Source: Candidatus Bathyarchaeota archaeon (GTDB lineage: Archaea; Thermoproteota; Bathyarchaeia; Bathyarchaeales; Bathycorpusculaceae). From it: a DNA stretch of 64,000 bases. The notes beneath the pieces are model-generated. The model had not been told where the DNA came from. It made no database searches and saw only the letters and a list, made by a program, of their open reading frames with translations. Position 1 is the stretch's first letter, and each line of letters opens with the position of its first letter. The stretch covers positions 96,001 to 160,000 of the forward strand of contig CAVYXJ010000013.1 of NCBI GenBank assembly GCA_963772455.1, read 5' to 3'. Of this stretch, positions 10,337 through 19,987 are shown piece after piece. The translations under genes were made by a program, and so were the position numbers.

Positions 10337-11089
10337 TTAAGTAGGATTTGGGAGACTGCTTTTTTTATTGAATTTATTTGATACAATTTGATAGATAACA
10401 ATTGCAGAGTAAAACCCATATGAAAGCAAAAGAACTGGGCGATATATTGCGTACTTAAGGTCACTGACCACAAATCCAACATTGTTATTTAGTGACCAAA
10501 CTGTGTTTGGTCGAAAATGAAAGCAGTAAGGTTCATAGACGCCAATCACTTTGAGGCCTTTTTTCTCTATCCATGATTTGATAAATCCATCTTCATAAGT
10601 GTGAAGATGAGCTGGGATTTTTATATCATCAACGGTCTTTCGGCGAATCAAAAGGTCGTGAGTTCCGCCTCGTTGTTCAAATATTTTTAGTGTCATTCTT
10701 TCGAAAAGTCTTAATATTTTTGCTCCTTTTAGAACCGACCATATTTCAATTCCCCAGATTGCGCCGACATCTTCTTTAACAAATTTTTGTGCTTTAGCAA
10801 ACCAGTTCTTTGACAATATAACGTCGCTGTCTACAAACATGAACCATTCAGTACTTACTAGTTGAATTGCTGTCTGTCTGGCTTTGCCTCTGGTCCCTTT
10901 TTCTTGAACAAATTTTACGTTTCCGTATCTTTCTTGAAATTCGTTTAATATTTTCTCCGTCGCATCGGTGGAGAATCCGTCAACAACAATTAGGTTTTTG
11001 ACAGGCACGTTGTTATAAACTGAGTTTATGCATTCTTTTAGCATTCTTGCGCTATTCTTTGTAAGAATTGCAACGTCAATAGCTTCCAT
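10337..11089 (-). CDS. Glycosyltransferase family 2
   Basis: VVDGFSTDAT and FVDSD (DxD); ATG 11089 follows a GAAGGAG SD. Confidence 0.88.
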   Translation of the reverse strand: MEAIDVAILTKNSARMLKECINSVYNNVPVKNLIVVDGFSTDATEKILNEFQERYGNVKFVQEKGTRGKARQTAIQLVSTEWFMFVDSDVILSKNWFAKAQKFVKEDVGAIWGIEIWSVLKGAKILRLFERMTLKIFEQRGGTHDLLIRRKTVDDIKIPAHLHTYEDGFIKSWIEKKGLKVIGVYEPYCFHFRPNTVWSLNNNVGFVVSDLKYAIYRPVLLLSYGFYSAIVIYQIVSNKFNKKSSLPNPT

Positions 11090-11516
11090 GTTATTGGAGA
11101 CTCCTTCGATATTTGTGAAGGGTTCCTTCAGCGAGAAGCATAAAAAATTCAGGGTTTTCAAGATCTGAAACAAATAATTGAACCGGAATGCCTCTCATTA
11201 ATTCAACCCTTTCGCTGAAGTGTTCCCAAATTGTAAGAGCTATATTTAAACAAACAGTATAACCCCTTGAGATTAACTTGAAATGTTTCTTTTTCTTTTG
11301 ATAACTGCTTAGAAACAGCCTTGTAAAATCAAAAAATTATTCCTTAATGGTTTCAATGTGCTACAATTTCGCAAAAGACTTTGAAATGAACTAATGAAAT
11401 TCCATGTAGTCGTTATACTTGCACCAAATGGAACAATTATTAAATTATTTGTAACGTGAAAGTCGCAAAATATAAAAATCATGCGCAAATAGAAAATGCT
11501 CCTCAGGGTGACCTCA

Positions 11517-11852
11517 ATGAACTTCTGTCCAGAATGCGGAGGAATACTTCAAGTCATCAAAAAAGGTGCTCCTTCACTCAGATGTCCAAAATGTAAATAT
11601 CAAAAACAACTAAAACCAGAAGAAAGAAAACAGAAAATTAGCATACAATGCGGTAAATCTGCAGAAATTGCGGTCATCGACAAAAAAGCAGCATCCCTAA
11701 GGCAAATGCCCATAGTTAATATTGTTTGCTTAACATGCGGCCACACCCAAAGCGAAACTTGGAACGTGGAAGCTGCAGACGAAACCATACACTCGACTAT
11801 TACCTTCTTTAGGTGCACAAAATGTGGAGCAACAAGAAGAGAGTCAGGATGA
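11517..11852 (+). CDS. Transcription factor S / RpoM-like double zinc-ribbon protein (divergent paralog)
   Basis: MNFCPECG...CPKC and CLTCG...FFRCTKCG; GGGTGA SD before the ATG. Confidence 0.8.
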   Translation: MNFCPECGGILQVIKKGAPSLRCPKCKYQKQLKPEERKQKISIQCGKSAEIAVIDKKAASLRQMPIVNIVCLTCGHTQSETWNVEAADETIHSTITFFRCTKCGATRRESG

Positions 11853-12168
11853 TTCAACAATGAAAGACTATTGCAACTAAATGTGAGAAATTTCTTCCTT
11901 TTAGTGATGGAAAATTATAACTAAAAGTTACCTTGGAAGTTTTTTTAAATTCCATTAATTTAATCGATTTTTTTAATTTTTGGTGAGAAAGCTGGATTTA
12001 AACCGACTACCTTTACCAAGAGGGAACAAAGTGTCACGAGCATTGGTTCAGTTTCTGTCTTTTCATTGGGGTTGGACCCTGAATTCCATGATGAATTTAA
12101 GAAGATTCCTACATTAATCCAATGTCTTTTTATAATTCTGTAATGTATGTTTTTAAAAGAAAATGTTT

Positions 12169-12308
12169 GGGGTTGTAGTATAGCCAGGTAGTACGGCGGG
12201 CTCCAGAAAGCATTGATTGCTTGACCCGTATGGGGATGACGAAATTCTGGAGCGGTCTACTTTGGGGAAACCCGTTGGTCATCGGTTCAAATCCGATCAG
12301 CCCCACCA
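12169..12308 (+). tRNA. tRNA-Trp(CCA) with about 63-nt intron at 37/38 (about 12207-12269), CCA encoded
   Basis: Acceptor GGGGTTG/CAGCCCC+ACCA; anticodon stem GCGGG/CCCGT around CT-CCA-G; T-loop GTTCAAATC. Confidence 0.93.
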
Positions 12309-12530
12309 TCTTTTATTTCAAGTATTAAAAAGAAAACAAAAACAGTATTATTTGATAATGTGAGTAAAGAGAGAAAGTGAACTCATTTTTAACTAAAGTT
12401 TCAAACTGTAGCTTTCTTTGCCTTATCGTAATGTATGCATAAACTATTGAATAACTCTGAGAACCTTTGCCCTCTCGCTTTTTTGCTGCATAAATACTCC
12501 AAATTTTTTTCTTTCTTTTTGTTAATTCAG

Positions 12531-12950
12531 TTATCGGAACAACTTCCATTCTGTTCGCAATAAGATACTCAGAATAACGATACTTGCACAATTAACTATT
12601 ATGCCAAATGTCAAAATTCCAACAACCATGCTGGTTATGAATGCAGCAATGGCGGTTAGGCATATTGCGTAAAATCCCACTTTTCTCCACATGAGAAGTG
12701 CTATGATTGAGCATATGCTAATTATTGTGTAAATTATAAAAAGAGGTATTGACCAAAGCGGAGAACCACCAAAGAAGCCATCAAAAAATGAGAAAAGAAT
12801 TGCTCCCAAGGGGAAGAAAAGTAAACGTATACTAGGTACTTGTGAGAGCAGAAATATCATATTTCCAAGCAGAATTATTACAAGCCAAAAAGTTAACCCT
12901 CCGTCACGTTTTTTGGGCTGGTTTGGCTGGTTTTCTGACATACTTTTCAA
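12531..12950 (-). CDS. Hypothetical 4-TM membrane protein
   Basis: 139-aa ORF with four hydrophobic segments. Confidence 0.6.
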   Translation of the reverse strand: MKSMSENQPNQPKKRDGGLTFWLVIILLGNMIFLLSQVPSIRLLFFPLGAILFSFFDGFFGGSPLWSIPLFIIYTIISICSIIALLMWRKVGFYAICLTAIAAFITSMVVGILTFGIIVNCASIVILSILLRTEWKLFR

Positions 12951-13460
12951 TTTGTTTGGTTTTAGCTTTAAGTTTTGCCTTTTGACCTTGATTTTCTGCC
13001 TTTCCTAGTGAATTCAACCGATTCCATAACTCGAAAAGTTCCCATTTAATCGGTAGTATGTGTGCCCATCATTTAACTTATTCTTGGGTGTTGTCCTGAC
13101 TCTGTTTTTGCTTAGAGAACTGTTCTGAACGGCTCCTCTATAATTAGCAATAAAAGCGCAGCGGAATTTCTTTATCATAGGTTGCAAAACAGCCTTTCTT
13201 TCCAAATGGGTGTTTCCATTTTTTGTAGATTGCCGTTGTTTCGTTTATGCTTCTTACGAGGTATCCTGTGCTTTTCCTTAAGTGGCTTTTCCAGAAAAAT
13301 TTTGTGGCGAGTAAACATTTTTTTCTGGCGCTTAGTCAATATTTGTCTAGACTACGACCCACCCTGCTATTCAGTGTGCAAATAAGTAACCTGCAACAAC
13401 AAAATATTTCATTAACGTATCCGTACTTTGGAATAAGGCAAGACAAAAAACCGTGGGCAA

Positions 13461-13802
13461 CTATTTGATTGCTATTAACTCGAATTTCTTGAATTGAGAT
13501 CCTGATTGCTTCATAACTTGTAAGCTATGACGAAGTTTAGTGTCCTTCAACGATAGTTCAGTTAGCTCTCTTTCAAGATCTCCGCTAAGATCGGCAGTAT
13601 ATACTTTGATGGTGGCAAGGTAAATCTTCGCTTTCTTTATTTTATCCAAATCCAGATCGCTTTGTGCATCAAGACAAAATGGAACCCCTTCATCGATGTT
13701 TTGGGCATCAAGGTGGTGTTCTTGTTTGTTTACTTTCATGACGCGAATTCTCCTCTGAACAGTTTCAGCAAACTTCCAATCCGGACTTGACATACTTATC
13801 AC
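13461..13802 (-). CDS. Hypothetical protein
   Basis: 113-aa ORF with GGGGTG SD-like sequence; no recognisable motif. Confidence 0.55.
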   Translation of the reverse strand: MISMSSPDWKFAETVQRRIRVMKVNKQEHHLDAQNIDEGVPFCLDAQSDLDLDKIKKAKIYLATIKVYTADLSGDLERELTELSLKDTKLRHSLQVMKQSGSQFKKFELIAIK

Positions 13803-14000
13803 CCCTTTTAGCTACATCCTTACATTTTACCTTAACTACATATTTTATTAAGAAAACAACAATAATTAAAAATAAGCAACTTGTTCCATAAAATACGTTG
13901 AAGAGAATTCAATTCTACTGTTAAAAGTGATGGTTTCAGATCAACAAAACAAAGATCTTTAAAAAGCTGTGAATCTTCCTTTTTTCAATAAAAAAAACAG

Positions 14001-14012
14001 AAGGTATATATG
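14001..14012 (+). promoter_or_regulatory. BRE/TATA promoter of 5S rRNA
   Basis: Purine-rich CAGAAGG followed by TATATA about 25 bp before the 5S 5' end. Confidence 0.55.
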
Positions 14013-14034
14013 GGATAATTGAACATTAGGGTTG

Positions 14035-14157
14035 GGTTTGCCGGTCAAAGGACTCGGGTTCCACCTGATCCCATTCCGAACTCAGAAGTTAAACCGTGTT
14101 CCGTTTCCAGCTGTAGTGTGGTCTTAGGCCACGTGAACCTGGGAAAGCTGGCAACCT
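14035..14157 (+). rRNA. rrf: 5S rRNA (stand-alone)
   Basis: CACCTGATCCCATTCCGAACTCAGAAGTTAA conserved core; terminal helix GTTTGCCGG/CTGGCAAC; about 120 nt. Confidence 0.93.
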
Positions 14158-14227
14158 ACTTCTTATTAATTTCAATATAGAATTCAACGTGATTTGGCAT
14201 AGCTTTATAACTTACTTTTAATAGTTT

Positions 14228-15358
14228 TTGGAGAAGTGGTGTCTTAAAGTGAGTCTTATTCCCGGAAGCGATTCAATTACACAGATTATTAGTTTGCTAT
14301 CATACGTGTTCTTCATAGTTTTAATTTTCTATGGTCAACGTATTCAAATGTATGTAATGATCCGCGAGGTTGAAAACAGTCTCCATAAACTGCGGCACAT
14401 AAAAGAAGAAGGCAGAAAAACCGCTATAGAAACATTAAAAGAAATAGGCAAACCTACAGCCGATCCCTCAGCCCGTGTAGACCGCTACCTAGAATACTTT
14501 ACAATCGGACCCCAAAACATGGATCCTGCCGGGATAGTGAACAAGCTTGATCATATCCTAGACGTACGCGACGAACGACTAAAAGAAGAAGTCAGACTAA
14601 TGGCACCTGCCGCCCAGAACGACGAAGTGCAAATCAACAACCTTGAAAACACCCTCGAAGCGGCAATGGCGCTTAACTTCATCTACAAAGTCGTGCGCCA
14701 TTACTATATACAAGGCAAAAAAACCCTAAGCCTATACGTAATAATGCAACTTCAAATGATCTTGCCCATGGTTATGAAAGAGGCTGAAGCATATTCAAGC
14801 GCTCTCAAAGCATTCGCATATGGGCAACCAATAGGAGATGGTGCTGGACCTTTGGTGGCAGGAAAACTCATGCATGGTTACGAAATTCGTAAACTACCCA
14901 AAGACTGTGTAATGGCAACAGTCCCAATAGAAGGACGAACTGCCCTGGTTATCAAAGCAGAAGGCCCCGGCGGAAACGTAGGCAAACCTGGCGAGGCAGT
15001 TGAAGCAGTAATCGAAGAAAACGAAGGCAAAATCGGTCTTCTAATCATGATCGACGCAGGCTTAAAACTTGAAGGAGAACTCGTAGGCGAAGTCTCAGAA
15101 GGCATTGGTGCAGCAATCGGCGGACCAGGCGTAGATGCATACAAAATTGAAGAAAAACTAACAAAATACAAGATCCGCAACTACGCAGTAATAGTCAAAG
15201 AAGATATCGGCGACGCAGTATCTCCAATGCGCAAAGAAATACACGATGCAACCGACAAAGTCATCGAACGAGTTAAAGGCGTTATCTTGGAACGAACCAA
15301 AGAAGGTGACAAAGTCATAATCGTTGGCGTCGGCAACTCAATCGGAGTTGGACAATAA
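14228..15358 (+). CDS. DUF1512 family protein
   Basis: N-terminal TM; MDPAGIV, PIGDGAGPLVA, IDAGLKLEGE, GVGNSIGVGQ motifs; neighbours map. Confidence 0.82.
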   Translation: MEKWCLKVSLIPGSDSITQIISLLSYVFFIVLIFYGQRIQMYVMIREVENSLHKLRHIKEEGRKTAIETLKEIGKPTADPSARVDRYLEYFTIGPQNMDPAGIVNKLDHILDVRDERLKEEVRLMAPAAQNDEVQINNLENTLEAAMALNFIYKVVRHYYIQGKKTLSLYVIMQLQMILPMVMKEAEAYSSALKAFAYGQPIGDGAGPLVAGKLMHGYEIRKLPKDCVMATVPIEGRTALVIKAEGPGGNVGKPGEAVEAVIEENEGKIGLLIMIDAGLKLEGELVGEVSEGIGAAIGGPGVDAYKIEEKLTKYKIRNYAVIVKEDIGDAVSPMRKEIHDATDKVIERVKGVILERTKEGDKVIIVGVGNSIGVGQ

Positions 15359-15798
15359 TGAGGATGAAAAACATGACACAAAACCAAACACAAGCAACAG
15401 CGCCAGCAAGCAAAAAAATCTCCACCTACCTCACCATGATTGTTCTAATAGTCATGGCATTAGCTGTAACAGCACTTTTCATTGCATTCGAAACATACGT
15501 GGCAGGCGATCAGATAGCTGCAGGCGTCTTAGCAGGCATAGGAATAATCGCATTGGTACTTTCATTGTTCTTACTCTACCAATCAAAGCTGCAATCAGCA
15601 CAAGTAAAAATCGAAGTTCCCAAAGTAATGACAACAATCGAATGCAAATGCGGCAGCAAAACAGTGCGAGAATTCCAGCGAGGCGACTACGTATACAAAG
15701 AACTTGACATTCCATGCCAAAAATGCCCTACAACAAAACAAATGATAACCGGAATCTACAAAGAAGTCAAAGAAAAAGAAAAAACCTTCAACGTCTAA
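15358..15798 (+). CDS. 2-TM membrane protein with C-terminal Zn-finger
   Basis: Two TM helices then CKC...REFQRGDYV...CQKC; start overlaps the DUF1512 stop. Confidence 0.7.
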   Translation: MRMKNMTQNQTQATAPASKKISTYLTMIVLIVMALAVTALFIAFETYVAGDQIAAGVLAGIGIIALVLSLFLLYQSKLQSAQVKIEVPKVMTTIECKCGSKTVREFQRGDYVYKELDIPCQKCPTTKQMITGIYKEVKEKEKTFNV

Positions 15799-15831
15799 TT
15801 TTCCTTTTTTAATTTTAATTAACTCTATTTT

Positions 15832-16734
15832 CTAAGTTAAAACTTCGCAACCATCATCTTTTATTAATATTGTATGCTCAGCTTGAGCAACAGGTTTCTC
15901 GCTTGCTTCAACAAAAACTGGGTACCCCATGATTGCTTTTGAATCGAATAATTCTTTGAAAGCTGCTTTATGTTGTTCTTGAGGGATTACGCCTATGAGC
16001 CAGCGTTCGGCAAATGGTAGCGTTCTAAAATTAGTTTCGATGTGTTTTAACATTTTTTTTGCTGAGTCAGTTTTCACTGATTTAGATTTTAATAAGCGGT
16101 AAATGGTCTTTTGTGGGCCATCATCGACTCTGCCAATTGCATCTGGAACAGTAACGAATGGTTCAATTGCATAGACTTCACCCGATTTTACTTTGTATGG
16201 TGAAAATCCAGCAACATTAGGAATTGAAGTTCCAGCATGAATGAGGTATCGTCCAACCGAGTGACCCGTTAAGTTGCTAATGGGTTTAAATCCGCGGTTT
16301 TTTATGGTTGTCTCGATCAACGCCCCAATTTTACTAAGCATCATGTCACCATGAATGTTGTCGATAGCCGTTTTCAAAGCAAGTTCGGCAGTGTTTGCCA
16401 AACTTCTACCCTCTGAACTAAAACAAGCTGTAAATGCTGTGTCAGTAACGTAACCATCTACTTGGACACCTAAATCTACCTTAACTGTGGAGCCTTCAGG
16501 AATCAACGACTTATCTCCGGGAGGTGAAGTGTAATGTGCAGCAACTTCATTTATACTCACATTGCAAGGAAAAGCAGGTTTTCCACCCTTAGCGCGAATT
16601 AGTCCTTCAACTTTCTCGCAGACATCAATGATTGGCATATTCTCTTTTACTTGGCTTCGCATTTCCTCGCGAGTTTCGCGCAGAATTTTGCCTGATTTGC
16701 GAAATGTTTCAAGTTCTTCCTTGTCGTACGGCAT
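15832..16734 (-). CDS. map: Methionine aminopeptidase type II
   Basis: AFPCNVSINEVAAHY, KVDLGVQVDGYVTDTA, GHS, AIEPF, AQAEHT. Confidence 0.96.
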   Translation of the reverse strand: MPYDKEELETFRKSGKILRETREEMRSQVKENMPIIDVCEKVEGLIRAKGGKPAFPCNVSINEVAAHYTSPPGDKSLIPEGSTVKVDLGVQVDGYVTDTAFTACFSSEGRSLANTAELALKTAIDNIHGDMMLSKIGALIETTIKNRGFKPISNLTGHSVGRYLIHAGTSIPNVAGFSPYKVKSGEVYAIEPFVTVPDAIGRVDDGPQKTIYRLLKSKSVKTDSAKKMLKHIETNFRTLPFAERWLIGVIPQEQHKAAFKELFDSKAIMGYPVFVEASEKPVAQAEHTILIKDDGCEVLT

Positions 16735-16993
16735 TGAATTTCACTTGATTCTGAATTTGGTTAATGCACTGCATGCTTAAATGGGTAACCACTCTTTGCA
16801 AACGAATGGTTTTGTTTTCTTAAGAAATTAAGATTGAATCAACTTTTGTAAAATGTTACTTATTCTTTTACTTCTTTGAATGTAACAGTTGTTTCTTTCG
16901 GTATTGTTTTCTGTGTTATTGTGTATTTTTTGTTTTTTTTGTTTGTCATGAGCAAGTAAACATTGGATCGTGCTTTATAAGTTGTGTTTTATA

Positions 16994-17548
16994 TCAGGAT
17001 TTGTAAAGTTTAGGATCCAATAGAGCGAAATTGTTTCCACCCGTGTGGTAGATTATTCGGGTTTTTTTTAGGTCATAGCCGCTTTCAGTGAATGCGCCCA
17101 TATCAGCGTATGCTTCGAGGATTTTGCCCACAAATATTGTATGATCGCCTGTTGTCGTTTGGCTATCTACTTCACATTCGAGGTGGGCTATGCATTCGCG
17201 GATGGCTGGTGCTTTGACTTGTTTTGCTGGCATCTGTGTTAAACTAGTTTTTTTGAATTTGTCGAAGCTTCTGCCTGTTAGCGAGCCACAAGCGTAGACT
17301 GCCTGCAGGATTTCGAGAGTTGGGATGTTAACGATAAATTCTCCCGATTCTTCGATTAAAGAGTGGCTGTGGCGGGTTGGTGCGAGGCTTATAGCTAGGA
17401 GCGGCGGTTTAAGTGAGGTTGGCATTGCCCATGCAACAGTTGTAATGTTTGGTTTGTTAGTTTTTCCAACACATGAAATCAACACTGTGTGCATAGGATG
17501 AAGAAGCCTGAAAGCCGATGCTATGTTAACTTGAGTTTTAGCCGACAC
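16994..17548 (-). CDS. Flavin reductase (DIM6/NTAB) family protein
   Basis: PPLLAISL, EFIVNIP, GDHTIFVG. Confidence 0.88.
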   Translation of the reverse strand: MSAKTQVNIASAFRLLHPMHTVLISCVGKTNKPNITTVAWAMPTSLKPPLLAISLAPTRHSHSLIEESGEFIVNIPTLEILQAVYACGSLTGRSFDKFKKTSLTQMPAKQVKAPAIRECIAHLECEVDSQTTTGDHTIFVGKILEAYADMGAFTESGYDLKKTRIIYHTGGNNFALLDPKLYKS

Positions 17549-17802
17549 CTAAACCACCTTTACAATCTTCAGTTATTATGTTTGCCAAACTTATACTTTC
17601 TTTCTTTAATATGAAGAAATGTCTATTTTGGGATTATTGTTAAACGTCACGTTAAAAACCATTATCTATCTGAAGATAGCAACAATGAACCACAGTGCCT
17701 TAAGAGTTTGAGACTAAATTTGCTTTTTTTAAAAAAAAATATTAACTTCAGAACCCATAAGAAAAATAAATTTAAAGTTCTTATTCCAATCTTCTGGCGT
17801 TA

Positions 17803-18423
17803 TCAAACCAATAGTTGCTGCAGGACAGTTAAAGTTCCATATCTTCCCAAACTTAAGAGATTGTCGCCTTTGAAAGTTCGCACTGATGCACCCTTAATCT
17901 GAACCAAATCACCAACAGAGGGTAAGCTTGCCTGTTCACCCCAAAGACAAATCTTAACTTTCCCAGTTTCATCAGTCACCCACAAATTAGTCACCTTTAC
18001 TCTGCTTCCATACTGGGTATTTACTATTTTTGGTTCTTCTATCTCAAAAACTTCTGCTTTTAAATTGATCTTTTTCATTCCACGCCGCAGGTTTTGGATA
18101 AAAATTAAGTCGACTCCAAGATTTTGCTTAGACATTTGACGACGTATTTTGTCAGTGTCCAACCAACTTTCGAAACTTATGTTTTTCCTAAGGAGAAACG
18201 TTTCTTCAACTCGGAACTGCATTATAACTTTGTTAACTTTTGTAATTAGAAAAACTGCTTGATGATTTATGATGCCGCGGTATTCGATTGTTAGGTCTCC
18301 ACATGTGGATTTTCGAAGTGCCCTGGCTGAAATTAATGCTTGGTAGAGTTCTGATAGGTACAGATTATATTTTACGGATAGAAATGCTAGGTGCTCGATT
18401 ATTATTGGTTCTTTATAGTTCAT
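17803..18423 (-). CDS. OB-fold ssDNA-binding (SSB/RPA-like) protein with extra N-terminal domain
   Basis: C-terminal DETGKVKICLWGEQ...GDLVQIKGA...LGRYG OB-fold signature. Confidence 0.75.
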   Translation of the reverse strand: MNYKEPIIIEHLAFLSVKYNLYLSELYQALISARALRKSTCGDLTIEYRGIINHQAVFLITKVNKVIMQFRVEETFLLRKNISFESWLDTDKIRRQMSKQNLGVDLIFIQNLRRGMKKINLKAEVFEIEEPKIVNTQYGSRVKVTNLWVTDETGKVKICLWGEQASLPSVGDLVQIKGASVRTFKGDNLLSLGRYGTLTVLQQLLV

Positions 18424-18597
18424 TGTTTTTGCTCCATGGATTTTGCCAGAACGTCTTGAAAAAGCGGTAAGGTTAGCGCCAGTGATTCTTCTTCTTGAAA
18501 AATTTCCGACAAATCAACTATAAAGGCTTGTGGAGTATATAGGGATAATAAAATATTGGGAGGTTTTTTCCATGCTTTTCTAAATTTTATAGGTTTA

Positions 18598-19704
18598 TTA
18601 CCTTTTTACGTGGTATTGCTGGATTACGTCTTTAGCTTTTTCTCGTCGCTGTTGGTGTTGCCCGAGGAATATGTTGAGTTTTTCAGCTATGTCTTTTTTG
18701 CATTCACCGCAGAGCATTTCCCCACCTCTACATTTACGTTCGCGTTCAACAAGTTTTACTATGTCTTCTTCAAAAAGGAAAAAGTAGTATTGGAAAATGC
18801 TGCAGACACCCGGATCAGCGCCTTCTTTACGCTGTTCCGCCGCCGTACCTTTGCCACCTGTGAATGCATTCCAGATCTTCTTTTTGACTACGTCAGGCTG
18901 ATCCATGGTAAATATGCTAGTTTCTGGCTGAGAAGCGCTCATTTTTCCCCCTGCACCAAGACCTGGTAGGAAGCGGCAATGAATTTGTGCGGGTTTGTAG
19001 TAGCCAAGTTTTTGAGCAACGTCCCGGGTTACTCTCCAATAGGGGTCTTGGTCGATGGCGGCCGGAATCAGTGCTGGTACGTTTTCGCCTGTGAGTTTTT
19101 TGTGGAGAAAACAAGGTGCAGCTTGGATGGCTGGCCAGAAAACCCAGCCGATGTTAGTGCTATCTTGGAAGCCGAAACTGCTGCGGGCAGTGCTGTAGGT
19201 TATGCGTTTGGCTATTTCGAGTGTTATATCATATAGTAAGTCGATATCTTCTGAATCATAAATGATGAAAGTATCTTCAGGTTTAAATCCTAACGCGATA
19301 AGGTCCAAGGCATTTTCGTACGCCCATTTGCGGGTTTGCTTAAGGTTTGCGTTATCACTGATTAAGAATTTTTCATCGTCTGTTAATTGAAAATAGAGCC
19401 GTGTTTTGAATTTTTGTTGAATATGAAGGCTGAATATCCAAGGAACCAAATGTCCAATGTGGACGGGTCCAGATGGTCCTCTGCCAGTGTACAAAACAAA
19501 TTTTATGCCTTTATCGTAGAGGTCAAGAACAGTGTCGAGATCTCGATGACTGAAAAAAATTTTTCGTTCAAGCTGAAGGTGGAGCTTACCAGTTTTGTTT
19601 TCCACTCGCTTGAGAAGTTCTGGAGATAAAGGTTGGGTACCGAATTCTTTTACGAGACGTTCGTAGTCTACTTTGCCCTTTACTTCCCAGGGAGTAACTA
19701 CCAT
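18598..19704 (-). CDS. trpS: Tryptophan--tRNA ligase
   Basis: VTPWEV, YTGRGPS, HIGH, AIDQDPYWR, KMSAS. Confidence 0.96.
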   Translation of the reverse strand: MVVTPWEVKGKVDYERLVKEFGTQPLSPELLKRVENKTGKLHLQLERKIFFSHRDLDTVLDLYDKGIKFVLYTGRGPSGPVHIGHLVPWIFSLHIQQKFKTRLYFQLTDDEKFLISDNANLKQTRKWAYENALDLIALGFKPEDTFIIYDSEDIDLLYDITLEIAKRITYSTARSSFGFQDSTNIGWVFWPAIQAAPCFLHKKLTGENVPALIPAAIDQDPYWRVTRDVAQKLGYYKPAQIHCRFLPGLGAGGKMSASQPETSIFTMDQPDVVKKKIWNAFTGGKGTAAEQRKEGADPGVCSIFQYYFFLFEEDIVKLVERERKCRGGEMLCGECKKDIAEKLNIFLGQHQQRREKAKDVIQQYHVKR

Positions 19705-19987
19705 TTCTCCATTGTTTTCTTCAGCATTCGCCGTTTATGTTCACCAGTGCTTTTAATGAGAAACGGTGTTTTGACATATATGCTTTTTTCGGTAGAAAAC
19801 TTTAGTCAAAAACATTGCTGAAAACTCTAAAGTGGGTCAAAGGTCGTATTGACGAATGACCCACTAAGCATTGAAAAACAAAAATGCGAACCTTGGTCAA
19901 GAAAGATGAAGTTATCTTGTTTGCTTGTTTTTTACAAAATGGTCGAAGGCAAAAATCTAACAAAAGAAAAACAAAGTGAAAAAGGAT

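Noticed and set aside
12309-14000. Island after tRNA-Trp
   Set aside because: AT-rich with orphan ORFs, but no att repeat or mobility gene; short ORFs at 13014-13468 lack support.
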